From Thermoplasmata archaeon (GTDB taxonomy: Archaea; Thermoplasmatota; Thermoplasmata; Lutacidiplasmatales; UBA184), in NCBI GenBank assembly GCA_022750155.1, contig JAKIWG010000001.1, forward strand, positions 17,138 to 81,137: a stretch of 64,000 bases of DNA. Reading direction: 5' to 3'. The position numbers and the translations under genes are program-made. Below, piece by piece: positions 29,399-38,945 of this stretch. How positions within the stretch are numbered: position 1 is the stretch's first letter; every line of letters begins with the position of its first letter. Under the pieces are notes generated by a model. That model saw only the letters and a program-made list of their open reading frames with translations. It had not been told where the DNA came from and searched no databases.

Positions 29399-29887
29399 TT
29401 AACTTGGGTGGGCGTGGCGCTCGATCACGACTTCACCATGGACGTTGGTGGCCGTCAACACGTCCTTTTCGTTGATTTCGAGGACTAGGACCTCTCCCAC
29501 CGCCAGCTTGTGCGGGAGCGGGGCGACTGACGACTTCGAGCTCGCGAGCACAGGTTCAGCCGTTCGAGGAGCCACTGTGCCCGCCGCGACGACGGGGAAC
29601 GGAGCAGGGTTCGGGGCGGGAGCCTTCGCCCCGCGCATCGCCGTTGCGATAGAGTACAGTTTTTGCACCCCCTTCCGCGAGACCGCGACCTCCCCCCGCT
29701 CTACGAGCTTCCGAAGTGCGAGGTAGACCGAGTTCACGTGGAACGTCTTGCCGCTCGCCTTAGCGATCCGTTTGGCAATCTTCGAGGTGGAGATCTGAGC
29801 TCCCGCCTCGAGTCCACGAAGTTCAGCGACAATCCATTTCTGGGCTCCTCGTGGTGTTCGGGTGGTTTTCTCTGACTTCGGGGACAT
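29399..29887 (-). CDS. winged-helix DNA-binding-like protein
   Basis: 162 aa. N-terminal wHTH-like segment ISTSKIAKRIAKASGKTFHVNSVYLALRKLVERGEVAV. It lies next to the iteron-like repeats at 30004..30151. Confidence 0.5.
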   Translation of the reverse strand: MSPKSEKTTRTPRGAQKWIVAELRGLEAGAQISTSKIAKRIAKASGKTFHVNSVYLALRKLVERGEVAVSRKGVQKLYSIATAMRGAKAPAPNPAPFPVVAAGTVAPRTAEPVLASSKSSVAPLPHKLAVGEVLVLEINEKDVLTATNVHGEVVIERHAHPS

Positions 29888-30003
29888 GGTCGCCCTTCAG
29901 TCGTCGGGTTTTGTAAGGGTAACGGGCCCTGCGGGTGGGGCCACTCGCCGCCCAGACCGCCTCGGACCGCGTTCCGATCTTATGGCAGAAACCCCCCGCG
30001 CCA

Positions 30004-30151
30004 GCACCATCACTACGCGGGAAGCATCCGCAGTAGTGCGGGTGCCCGCGAGGCGGTCGGCGGTACGCGGGGCCTTTCTGGCGCAGTCACCACCATGCGG
30101 ACGCACCATCACGGCGCGCACCACTACACCAGCACGACCCCGCACCATCAC
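30004..30151. repeat. iteron-like short direct repeats GCACCA(T/C)(C/T)AC (4 copies) plus an imperfect hairpin
   Basis: Copies at 30004-30013, 30103-30112, 30118-30127 and 30142-30151. Inverted repeat CACTACGCGG...CCGCAGTAGTG lies at about 30010-30040. Confidence 0.45.
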
Positions 30152-30449
30152 TCCGCGCCGCATATCATATGCCCCGAGCGGCGCTTCGCGCGGCATCCTT
30201 CAGCCCTCCGTTAAAGACCGCGCCGATAGAACCTCGGGCTCAATATTCAATCACAGCGAGGTTCGCTGCAGTCGAGTCGGGATGGCGGCCCGGACCCCCC
30301 ATCCGGAGGAAGACGCCGTAGCTTCTCGGGGCTAAGCGTCCGGTCGAGGCTCGACTGTCTAACCCTACCAGCCGCAACGCCATTCGCAGGGACGGGAGTC
30401 GTACGGGTGCTCGGGAAAACGCGGCACGGGGCATCGTCAATGGATGATA

Positions 30450-30460
30450 GGATTCGAACC
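30450..30460 (-). repeat. tRNA T-arm-like motif, site 2
   Basis: Exact GGATTCGAACC on the plus strand in a 1.4-kb ORF-poor gap. On the minus strand an anticodon-arm-like hairpin GTTCC-ATTCTAG-GGAAT lies 5' of it, but no acceptor or D arm. Confidence 0.4.
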
Positions 30461-31282
30461 GATCGTGAATTCCCTAGAATGGAACTGACCCCTACCGGGG
30501 GGGCATGTGAGACCGAGGGCCCGAGCTGACTCGGAGGGATTTCCCCCGTCAGGTTTGGTCCCGGCGAGGAGCATCTGTGTTTTATTAGGCTGTTAACCCA
30601 AATGCCTTCCCCGGACCCTGCGAGGCCCCCGGTCGATGGGGCGCGCATCGGTTTCCTTCTGGGAGGTTGTGGACAAGCTGTAGGGGGCGCATCGCCCCGC
30701 TGGTTGAGTTAGCGAGTGGCCATGGGGAGTGGCTGGTGGGGGCCGGAGTGGCACTGGCCACCAGCAATGGCCGCCCGTGGCCGCTACTTCACGGCGCCGT
30801 TCTCTGGATCTCGGTGAGGAAGCGGTGCAGCGGACACCATCGGCTACCTCCACCATGACGCCTCCGGGCGACTCGAGCAGGGGTGGTGTGGCGACTCTGC
30901 CGACGTACTCCCATTTCGGGCGAAGTGATCGAATATCGCGAAGGAAGAGTTTCCGAGCTTCATCGGCTCGATCCCTGGCGCTCCCGTGGCCAGATAACCG
31001 TCCGCGCGTCGCGTCCGCAGCGGTCGGCCTCCGCATCCTCCGCGGCGTGATTCCGCATTGTGCATCCGCCGCGGGGTCCACGCGCCACGTACGGCGGAGA
31101 GGGTCGCCGCTTCCGCCTGAGTCCTCCGAGTGCTCGCGATGCGATGCCTCCTCCAGGCGGACGCGGAGATGGCTGGGTTTCGTAGTTTTCGAGCCCGAAT
31201 GGGGACCCTTTCTCCCGCGGGGTGCTTGTCTTGCCTCCCCGGGACGCTGCGACTCGCGAGGGCCGGTCGGTTGACCATCAAA

Positions 31283-31888
31283 CTATGCGGGGGGCCTCGC
31301 CTTGACAGTGTACAAAGTCCGGGTCCCGTTGGGACCGATCCGCCAAACGGAACTCTCGATGGGGAGACCCATTGCGCGCGCTCGTCCCAATGCCACCCGG
31401 AAGAGTCTCTCATCAACGGTGACCGTTTGGCCCTTGAGAGGATACACCCAGAATCGGTGCGAACGCGGGCTTAGGTCTGATGAGTCCAGGGGGGCTTGGA
31501 CATCTTCGAAGGAGAATCGGAGTCGTGGGCCGTCCCATCTGATGTCGATCTTACTCCCATCAGCGTAGAAGAATCGGAGCGCTCGCTCGTCTACACCCAC
31601 CCGAACTGGGCCAGGCGAGAGGGAGCCGTGAGTCAACTCCCAAGCCAAGAACGCGATAAGCACGGAAAGGATGCCCACGAATGCCAAGAGCACCGGATCT
31701 TTCGCCAACCGAAAGTCGACCACGAGGAGCAAGACTACGGATGACAAGGCAGCCCCAAACGCGAAGGTCATACCCGAGAGAACCCACCGGGTTTCACGGT
31801 CCCGCCCCGGATTCGGTCGATACGTGGCAGAGGTCCACGATTCCGGGAGGGAGGTTTCCCCCCGGCGGCTCTGTCCGGCCGCTCCCAC
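31283..31888 (-). CDS. hypothetical membrane protein (2 TM + soluble domain)
   Basis: TM segments FAFGAALSSVVLLLVV and VLLAFVGILSVLIAFLAW. Same architecture as 17377..17964. Start uncertain. Confidence 0.5.
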   Translation of the reverse strand: MGAAGQSRRGETSLPESWTSATYRPNPGRDRETRWVLSGMTFAFGAALSSVVLLLVVDFRLAKDPVLLAFVGILSVLIAFLAWELTHGSLSPGPVRVGVDERALRFFYADGSKIDIRWDGPRLRFSFEDVQAPLDSSDLSPRSHRFWVYPLKGQTVTVDERLFRVALGRARAMGLPIESSVWRIGPNGTRTLYTVKARPPA

Positions 31889-32143
31889 GGCGGAGATATC
31901 CGTCGCCGGCTTCTAAGGTTGGAGGTGACGTGCTGAAGGAGGTTGACACTCCTCAGGACGCGGTCAGAAGAGTCGGCACGCCGGCACGAACCTACAGGGA
32001 GTCCCACTCGTCGCGGAACGAGCGATCAAGCCAAGGCTTCGCCCCTCGCAGCTCCTATCGGGGCCTAGCGTCGATTGCCGATCTCGACTGGGGCCAGCGA
32101 CCGCGGGGGCTTTCGAGGTCGAAAGGGACGACCCGCGACCTGG

Positions 32144-32392
32144 TCACGCCTTGAGCTCAGAGGGGAGTGCTTCGGGGTCTTCGTCCTCATCGTCGTCGTC
32201 GTCAGTGCTGTACCGGCGGTAGGCGATGAACCAGACGGTCAGGACCGGGAGAACCAAAAGGAAGATACCCGGACCGGCAACTGTAGTGGAGAAGTAGAAC
32301 GCGAATACAATGCTGAGGAGCACCAGCAGCGAGATGAATATCAGTATCACTCGTTTGGAGGCCCGAAGACTCATCGGTTGAGTGTCGTTCAC
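32144..32392 (-). CDS. small 2-TM membrane protein with poly-acidic tail
   Basis: 82 aa: VILIFISLLVLLSIVFAFYF, then IFLLVLPVLTVWFIAY, then DDDDDEDEDPE. Confidence 0.5.
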   Translation of the reverse strand: MNDTQPMSLRASKRVILIFISLLVLLSIVFAFYFSTTVAGPGIFLLVLPVLTVWFIAYRRYSTDDDDDEDEDPEALPSELKA

Positions 32393-32492
32393 GGAGACCT
32401 CATTGGAATCTCGGATATTGAACTCTAGCTCCGGCGTCTCCCGCGTCTTTGGTTGGATGGCCGTTCGGAGTTCTAACGAAGGGAATCCCCCG

Positions 32493-33356
32493 CTACGTGG
32501 AGAATGAGATAAACCTCAGCTTTGCGCCGCAGCCGAGCGAGGCGAAGTTGACCGATGCGGTCGCATGGCCCCCCGAGATCGTGGTTCCGTATGCGTCCAT
32601 TTCCGCGTAGGCGACTCCGAAAAGGTCGACCTCGAGAACGAACGAGTCGTTCGGCTGGAGTCCGGACGCGTTGACAAAGAACGTCATCGTCTGGCTTCCC
32701 CCGAAGACTCCGCCCGCCCCACCATACACGGTCGTACTGCAGTTTGTCACGCAGTACGTGTCATTCGCGGATGCGCTGCTGAAACCTCCCCAAACGTGAC
32801 TGCTGGAGTTGCTGTTACCGGTGGTAAGGTCCAGCAGATAGGCTTGACCGTTGACGTAGGCCCGGGCCTGCTCCCAGCATTGGTACCACCCACCTGAGGC
32901 TGGGGCTGGGCAGGGGGTTGACGCGAAGGACTCGTTTCCCCGCACCGAAAAGGCCCATTTCGCAACTATCGACGTTCGATTGTGTCGGAGGTGGATCGGT
33001 TGGAGAATGGAAAGCTCGCTGGTCGCGTACGCCCAGTTCCCCTGCGCAACTCGCGACCCCGTGCACGTTGGAGCCTTCGCGACGTCAGAGAACCCACCAA
33101 AACCGCTGCGCAAGTCGAAGTGGGTGGCGGAGGGAATCCGTGCCACGCCACAGCCCGCGGCCGTCACGGAGTCGGCTTTCAGGGGGATGATGGTCCTGTA
33201 CGGGGCTCGAAGGACTACCAGCTTGGTGGGTGCAGTTCCGAAAGTCGACGGCGTCAAAACGAGGGTGGTTACCAAAGCGAGAATGATTGCGCCCGCCGGG
33301 CTTGAGAGGAGCGAGCGCCCGCCCCTCCTGCCATGACGGGCAACCCGGGCCCCCAC
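32493..33356 (-). CDS. secreted/anchored Cys- and NxS/T-rich protein, paralog A
   Basis: Collinear similarity to 33510..34352 (LQPIHLRHNRTSIVA / LQPIQLRHNQTSIVA; ASTPCPAPASGGWYQCW / ASTPCPPPSSGGAYFCY). Start set at GTG 33356 by analogy with the paralog's signal anchor; the track ORF extends to 33509. Confidence 0.6.
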   Translation of the reverse strand: MGARVARHGRRGGRSLLSSPAGAIILALVTTLVLTPSTFGTAPTKLVVLRAPYRTIIPLKADSVTAAGCGVARIPSATHFDLRSGFGGFSDVAKAPTCTGSRVAQGNWAYATSELSILQPIHLRHNRTSIVAKWAFSVRGNESFASTPCPAPASGGWYQCWEQARAYVNGQAYLLDLTTGNSNSSSHVWGGFSSASANDTYCVTNCSTTVYGGAGGVFGGSQTMTFFVNASGLQPNDSFVLEVDLFGVAYAEMDAYGTTISGGHATASVNFASLGCGAKLRFISFST

Positions 33357-33509
33357 GTCTGTTCTCAAAGCGCCAATCCTGCGTCGCGACCGGGGAACAG
33401 AGCAACCGCTTGGCCCCGGGAGATGATCCCCCAGCAGAGTAGGCCGTTTACACCGATCATGCCGGCCCATCCTCAACCCAGTGTGAGCAGAGCTCGTCGG
33501 ACCTCTCAC

Positions 33510-34352
33510 TCATGGAATGTACGAGATGTAGTTCAATCTCATCCCGTTCCCAAGGCTCGCAAAGTTCAGCGTGGCCGTCGCGCTGCCCCCCACCAAATTG
33601 GTGCCCAACGCGTCCATCTCGGCGAGGACTCCGCCGGTCAGAAGGATCTCAAACTCGAACGTGTCGTTGGAGAAGGCACCGCTAACATTGACATAGAATT
33701 TGAAGGACTGCTTCGCGCTGAACGCTCCTCCGGACCCCCCGACAACTGTTGTAGAGCATTTGCTGAGGCAGTATGTGGTGTTTTCTGAAAGCCTACTGAA
33801 TCCGGGCCACGAATTGCTGCCCCACCCCCACCCATTGTAAGTGTCGATCAGGTACGCTGCGGCGTTCAGATTGACCTCGGATTCTTCGTAGCAGAAGTAT
33901 GCTCCGCCGCTCGACGGGGGCGGGCAAGGTGTCGACGCGAGGGATTCGTTACCGGCCACGGAGATGGTGACGCTCGCTACTATGGAGGTCTGATTGTGCC
34001 TGAGTTGAATCGGTTGAAGGAGCAACAGTTGGTTCGAAACCAATCCCCAGTCCCCCAACGATCCTGGCGACCGCTTGCAAGTGGGTGCCTTCGCGCCATC
34101 CGCGAACCCCCCCGTCCCGCTACTCAGGCTAAATCGGGGTGCCACAAACATTCGACCCCAGCCACAACCACCAGCGGTCGATGCGCTCCAGTGGGAGGGG
34201 GCCATGCCCCTGAAGGGGGCGCTGATCACCACCGTCTTGGCCGGGGCGGCGGCGACTGAGGCGGGGACCAAGAGCATGAGGACGACAGCTGCGGCTAATC
34301 CCCCGCCCGTAAGGGTTCTGGCCGACGAGGACGCCCGAGCCCCAGGTCGCAT
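33510..34352 (-). CDS. secreted/anchored Cys- and NxS/T-rich protein, paralog B
   Basis: Start set at ATG 34352 (MRPGARASSSARTLTGGGLAAAVVLMLLVPASVAA). Tandem paralog of 32493..33356. Confidence 0.6.
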   Translation of the reverse strand: MRPGARASSSARTLTGGGLAAAVVLMLLVPASVAAAPAKTVVISAPFRGMAPSHWSASTAGGCGWGRMFVAPRFSLSSGTGGFADGAKAPTCKRSPGSLGDWGLVSNQLLLLQPIQLRHNQTSIVASVTISVAGNESLASTPCPPPSSGGAYFCYEESEVNLNAAAYLIDTYNGWGWGSNSWPGFSRLSENTTYCLSKCSTTVVGGSGGAFSAKQSFKFYVNVSGAFSNDTFEFEILLTGGVLAEMDALGTNLVGGSATATLNFASLGNGMRLNYISYIP

Positions 34353-34536
34353 GTTGCCGCCGCGCGATTCCGCTGCTCGGATGCTCCGAAGAGGCGCACC
34401 GCGCCCATCGGAATCCAGCGAGCGGTAGATAAACCAACCGGTTTGCCCTGAAGGTCGCGGTAAACCCCCTGTCGGTGGGAAGCGTCCAGGGCGCGGACAG
34501 AGGCCCACCCGTGGATATCGTGTGGCTTTCGATCCA

Positions 34537-35007
34537 TCACAGCATCACCTCTGGAGTTGCGGAGGCAGCGCGCGTCGTAATTCGAGTGAGCAGCCCAGAG
34601 AAACCCCCGCGGTGCCCCGGAACCGCTTGCCGCCGAACCTCGAACCCTCTTCGCACCGCCTCGAGAATCACCGCCTTTGCGTCCGTATCGGAGACTCTCG
34701 CGCGATGAATTTCGAGCCGACCGGTGGGTATGCTTACCCCCCCGGGGAGGGTTGTGTTCGTCAGGAGGACCTGGTCTGCGCCCGGGTCCTCGGGCAGCCC
34801 GAGAACTTGCCGATCCTGATCACACTGCGCCGATTGAAACGTGAGGACCCTTGGCTGCATTCGAGTCGCAAGGCCGTCCGGGGGAACCCGGGTGTCGAGG
34901 AGTTCGAAGGTCCAGTCGCCTGACCCCCAATGGAAGGTTACTGACTCGCCCGTCGGGGCAGTGATCGCGAATCCGTCAGACATCAGCTGAATGGCCCTGT
35001 CCTCCAT
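34537..35007 (-). CDS. hypothetical protein
   Basis: 156-aa ORF (MEDRAIQLMSDGFAITAPTGESVTFHWGSGDW...), divergent from the Roc-COR gene. Confidence 0.45.
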   Translation of the reverse strand: MEDRAIQLMSDGFAITAPTGESVTFHWGSGDWTFELLDTRVPPDGLATRMQPRVLTFQSAQCDQDRQVLGLPEDPGADQVLLTNTTLPGGVSIPTGRLEIHRARVSDTDAKAVILEAVRRGFEVRRQAVPGHRGGFSGLLTRITTRAASATPEVML

Positions 35008-35042
35008 AGACTTCGTGCCGCCGATGCCGTGAGTTCAGGGAC

Positions 35043-37358
35043 GTGGATAAGTTGTCCATCTGGGTCCTCGAATTCTCACCCCCCAGCCTCAAGGGGGCGT
35101 GCGCAAACTCCAAACGGCCGGGGCACTCTAAGCGCCGCCAAATGGCCAGTCAATCGCGCCGGGTTCTCAAGTTGCCGGATGGTTTCCCGAAGATCAGCTC
35201 CGGGACCCTACTCCGCGATGGCAAGACCCTCGTCACCGGCCACAAAAACGGCTACTTGGTGTCGTGGGATCTTACTCACTCAGAGCCTCGAGTTATCCTC
35301 AGAGCCAGTTCGGAGGTTCACTGCGTCGTTGCTTCGCCCCCGAACGGGGTGTTCGTCGGATGCAATGCGGGCGACCTCTACTTCGTGGCGAACGTCGCCA
35401 GCGGAGTGGCTGAAAGGATCTTTCCTCCGACCGACTCGAAGTACGACCGGGTGTTCCGCATCCATCCGATTCGTGCCTCAAGGATCCTTGTCTCCTCCAC
35501 TTATGGCGTCCTGAAGCTAGTCGATCGCACGGACGGCGGGTGGAAGGCCACCAACCTGTCCGGACACGCGAACGCGGTGTTCGCGATCGCCCAACATTCG
35601 TCGGGGTGGCTCGCTACGGGAGACTACCGTGGTAATGTTGTGATCTGGCGTGCTGCCGGCGAGACCTACGAAGTCCACCAACGGTTGCTCTTGGACTCGT
35701 ACGTCAGTGGGTTGACCTTCCTCGGCGAGGATCTGCTCGCCGCCGTGACGTACAACGGGAAGGTGCACGTCCACGAGTTTCAACCGGCGTCCAGACTGTG
35801 GAAGTCGGCCTTCGAAACGGACACCGCCTCAGGGATCGGGACCGACATTGCCCCCGCCCCCGATTCAAAGTCAGTTTTCGCAGCAACGATTGGTGAAGTG
35901 ATTCGGGTGGACCCGGGGTCCCAGCAGGTGGATTCGTCCCCGGTTAAGGGGTCTCTGAAGGTATTCCCAGGTGGCGAGGCGCTGCTCGCGCTCACGGAAG
36001 ATGGCGCCAGATTTGAGCCGATTCGCACCTTTCAGCCGACAAAAGACCTTGTCCGATTTAGCTATCTCAAGGTGGCTCTCCTCGGCAATACAGCCTTCGG
36101 CAAGAGCACGTTGAGCAGCGCCATCACCACCGGCAATCCGGGGAGCCACCTCTCAACTTTCGGCCGCCGCGTCTGGACTTGGCCCATCAACTCGGCTGAG
36201 GGCCGCCGGCGCATCCTTCTGAACGATATTGGCGGTCAAGAGCAAGTAATCGCGACTTCGCTGCATATGGCGGCAGACTCAGATGTCGTCTTGCTCTTTT
36301 TCAAACAGACAGATATCGGCGGGTTCAAAATGGCCCTGGAACTGCACCGAAGGCTGCGCCCGCGTCTTGGTCGAGGGGCAAAGTCCTACCTTGTGGAGAC
36401 TTTCACAGACCACACCTTGAAAGCGGTCTCCGATGAATTCGTCGTCCAGCAGGCGAAGTCCGCGGGGATAGATGGGGTCCTCAAAGTTTGCCCGCTTCGA
36501 GGGGATGACGTAGAAAGGTTCAAGGAGGATTTCGTTTCCGCAGTCGACTGGGGAAGATCAAGAAAGGCAGTCCAATCCGCGTCCGCCGAGGGTATCCTCA
36601 CCACCATCTCGACGCTGAAGCAGAAGGGCGCTACTGTAGTCGACCTTGATACCGTCAAGCGGGTCTTCGAGCAGACCACCGGCTCGTCGATCTACGTCTA
36701 CCACCTGAAGTTCCTACTTCAGAATTTGACTGACCTCGGCGAAATTGAGTACTATCCCGGCGTCAGCGATAAGATCGTCCTCGACGATCCAGAATTCAAC
36801 GAGTTGCGGACCAACATCCCGGTATTCGCGAGCGAGAGGGGAGGCATCGTTAGAGTTAGTGAGGTCAACCAGAAGTTCAGGTCTTCGAAGCCGGGGTACG
36901 TCGCCATGTTGGATCGCTACTACGTCGCGAATGGCATCGCGGTTCCGTTCGCCGACGACACCGGCCGCTTGTTCCCGATGTTTCTCGAGAATCGGCCCCT
37001 CCGGATCCCAGGCGACTTCGCCGCTGTCACCGACCCCGAAGCGATGATCCATACCCTAAGTTTCCCAACATCCGAGTTTGACCAGACTCGCTTCCTGCAG
37101 GGGGTTTGCGACCTCGCTCTGAATTGCGTCGACGCCACCTCAACCGAGGGCCTATTCTCGTGGGGCCTGAAAGCGGGGCTCTACTTCAGAGTCCAACTTT
37201 CCGCTAGTTCCATTACCGGACCGACACTTGCGTTCCAGTTCAAGACGGCGGGCCGCGAGAAGGTGGCGTATGAAGCTCTGGACGAGCGCTTCGCCAGACT
37301 CTTGGTCGCATTTTACGGTCAGCCGGAAGCACCGCCAGAACGAACTGACCGGCGATGA
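35043..37358 (+). CDS. WD40-like beta-propeller + Roc (Ras-like GTPase) + COR-like protein (ROCO architecture)
   Basis: - WD-like repeats: GHKNGYLVSWDL, LSGHANAVFAIAQHSSGWLATGDYRGNVVIWR, YNGKVHVHEF.
- GTPase G1 LLGNTAFGKST, G3 NDIGGQEQ, G5-like KVCPLRGDDV.
- COR-like LTDLGEIEYYPGVSDKIVLDDPEF.
- GTG start at 35043; an alternative ATG lies at 35142. Confidence 0.8.
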   Translation: MDKLSIWVLEFSPPSLKGACANSKRPGHSKRRQMASQSRRVLKLPDGFPKISSGTLLRDGKTLVTGHKNGYLVSWDLTHSEPRVILRASSEVHCVVASPPNGVFVGCNAGDLYFVANVASGVAERIFPPTDSKYDRVFRIHPIRASRILVSSTYGVLKLVDRTDGGWKATNLSGHANAVFAIAQHSSGWLATGDYRGNVVIWRAAGETYEVHQRLLLDSYVSGLTFLGEDLLAAVTYNGKVHVHEFQPASRLWKSAFETDTASGIGTDIAPAPDSKSVFAATIGEVIRVDPGSQQVDSSPVKGSLKVFPGGEALLALTEDGARFEPIRTFQPTKDLVRFSYLKVALLGNTAFGKSTLSSAITTGNPGSHLSTFGRRVWTWPINSAEGRRRILLNDIGGQEQVIATSLHMAADSDVVLLFFKQTDIGGFKMALELHRRLRPRLGRGAKSYLVETFTDHTLKAVSDEFVVQQAKSAGIDGVLKVCPLRGDDVERFKEDFVSAVDWGRSRKAVQSASAEGILTTISTLKQKGATVVDLDTVKRVFEQTTGSSIYVYHLKFLLQNLTDLGEIEYYPGVSDKIVLDDPEFNELRTNIPVFASERGGIVRVSEVNQKFRSSKPGYVAMLDRYYVANGIAVPFADDTGRLFPMFLENRPLRIPGDFAAVTDPEAMIHTLSFPTSEFDQTRFLQGVCDLALNCVDATSTEGLFSWGLKAGLYFRVQLSASSITGPTLAFQFKTAGREKVAYEALDERFARLLVAFYGQPEAPPERTDRR

Positions 37359-37792
37359 CTCGAGCGATAGACGTTGCTCTCACTTACGCCGGCGAGCAGG
37401 AGGGCTACGTTCGAGCTGTCGCCGTTGAGCTCCGGGAGCACGGGGTTCTGCTGTTCTTTGCCCCATTCGAGGAAGTGAACCTTTGGGGAGAAGACCTCAT
37501 TCCCTACCTCGAACGAGTCTACAGCGAGTGGGCACGGCTGTGCGTGATGTTCATCTCAAAGCAATACGTCGACAAGGCCTGGCCGAGACATGAACGGCAA
37601 GCTGCCCTGTCGAGGCAACTCACTGAGCAATCCGCCTACATTCTACCCGTTAGGTTCGATGATACTGAGGTCCCCGGTCTGAGCTCGTCCATTTATTTCG
37701 TTCGGGCCGAGAAGCACACTCCAGTTGAACTTTCCGCGATGATCATGCAGAAGCTGGCGTCGCCGACTCCAGCGGCGAGCTCAGGTGGCTGA
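37355..37792 (+). CDS. stand-alone TIR-domain protein
   Basis: 145 aa. DVALTYAGEQ (betaA), VLLFFAPFEE...WGEDLIPYL, and VMFISKQYVDKAWPRHERQAAL (the W...E region typical of TIR). The ATG overlaps the upstream stop (ATGA). Confidence 0.8.
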   Translation: MTRAIDVALTYAGEQEGYVRAVAVELREHGVLLFFAPFEEVNLWGEDLIPYLERVYSEWARLCVMFISKQYVDKAWPRHERQAALSRQLTEQSAYILPVRFDDTEVPGLSSSIYFVRAEKHTPVELSAMIMQKLASPTPAASSGG

Positions 37793-38242
37793 GCTGTGGG
37801 ATAATTCAACGACGTGCTGGGTCGCGCCTCCGCTGCTCCAAAAGTTGAGCGGCGGCACCTTTTCGTCCCGGCGGTGTCCCCATCTGCCCACCCCCGACAC
37901 CCTGATCAAGGGACACTTTGCCCCCGGGAGGTGTGAGTCGCCCCAGTGGGACCTTTTTCCCAACCGACCCGTTTCCCCGAGCGGGGCTCACGGGCCCTTC
38001 GATGCTCCCCTTGAGGTGGATCTAAGCGAAACCCGCTTTCCTCAGAGAGTCCAGAGTCCCGCCCCTGGGTGTGGGTTACGACAGGCTCCCCTGACTGGAC
38101 CCCTTCGGGCTTTTGCGCTTGACCGCCGGGGACTTCCGAGCGCTTCTCCGTGATTTGTTCGCGATCGCGCGTCGGGGGTCCGAAACAAGGAAAACCCAAG
38201 GGGCATACCGTCGGTCGCGATGGCAGCGGGGATGGACACGCT

Positions 38243-38764
38243 ATGAAGGCAACAACCAAACACTCTACGGAGACCCAGCGAAGGGCAATCCCGCCTACGA
38301 TGACTTACGTCGAGGACAGAGGGGCGGTCTACGACGCGCCACTCGAGGTCGTTTGGGACTTCATGGAGAAGGACGAGACGTTCCATCCCAAGGCTCACAC
38401 TGCTGCCGTGCGGAACTTCGAAGAGAAGGCCCTTTCCGAGGTTGCGACGCTCCTCAGCTATGAGCGCCGAAGTGGGGGCCGGTGGGAGAAGATGGTCTGT
38501 CGCATGACGGCGATGCGTCCTGCGGTGAGGATCCAGGAAGACCTCGATGGCCCGTACGCTGGGTCGAAGACGGTGTTCCTCTATACGCCCCAAGGCGAAC
38601 GAACGGTCGTCGATGTATTTGGCTACGTTCAGTCTCCCGAGCTCACCCCCGCGGAGATCAAACGGGACAGGAAGAAGACCTGGGCGAATGCCTACTCGGA
38701 GGACTTACCCTATTTCCGCCGCTTTGCCAAGCAACACCCCTCCGTTCAAGAGAGGCACCAGTAA
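38243..38764 (+). CDS. hypothetical protein, possibly SRPBCC/START-like
   Basis: Start set at ATG 38243 (MKATTKHS...). VYDAPLEVVWDFMEKDE resembles the SRPBCC N-terminus. Tentative. Confidence 0.4.
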   Translation: MKATTKHSTETQRRAIPPTMTYVEDRGAVYDAPLEVVWDFMEKDETFHPKAHTAAVRNFEEKALSEVATLLSYERRSGGRWEKMVCRMTAMRPAVRIQEDLDGPYAGSKTVFLYTPQGERTVVDVFGYVQSPELTPAEIKRDRKKTWANAYSEDLPYFRRFAKQHPSVQERHQ

Positions 38765-38945
38765 TCACCCCTCACCGGCCGGCCCACCGGAATCCGCCGC
38801 GCCTAGGAAACGCAGCACCGTTCGCACAGGGTACTCGTTGCAGGCGGGGTCAAGGGTTAGGTTGGGACCCTGGCGTTTTGCTACCGCCCGACCCAGCGTG
38901 GAGGACAAGCCAGTTCCGGGAGACGGCGTTCAGGGGATGGAATCC

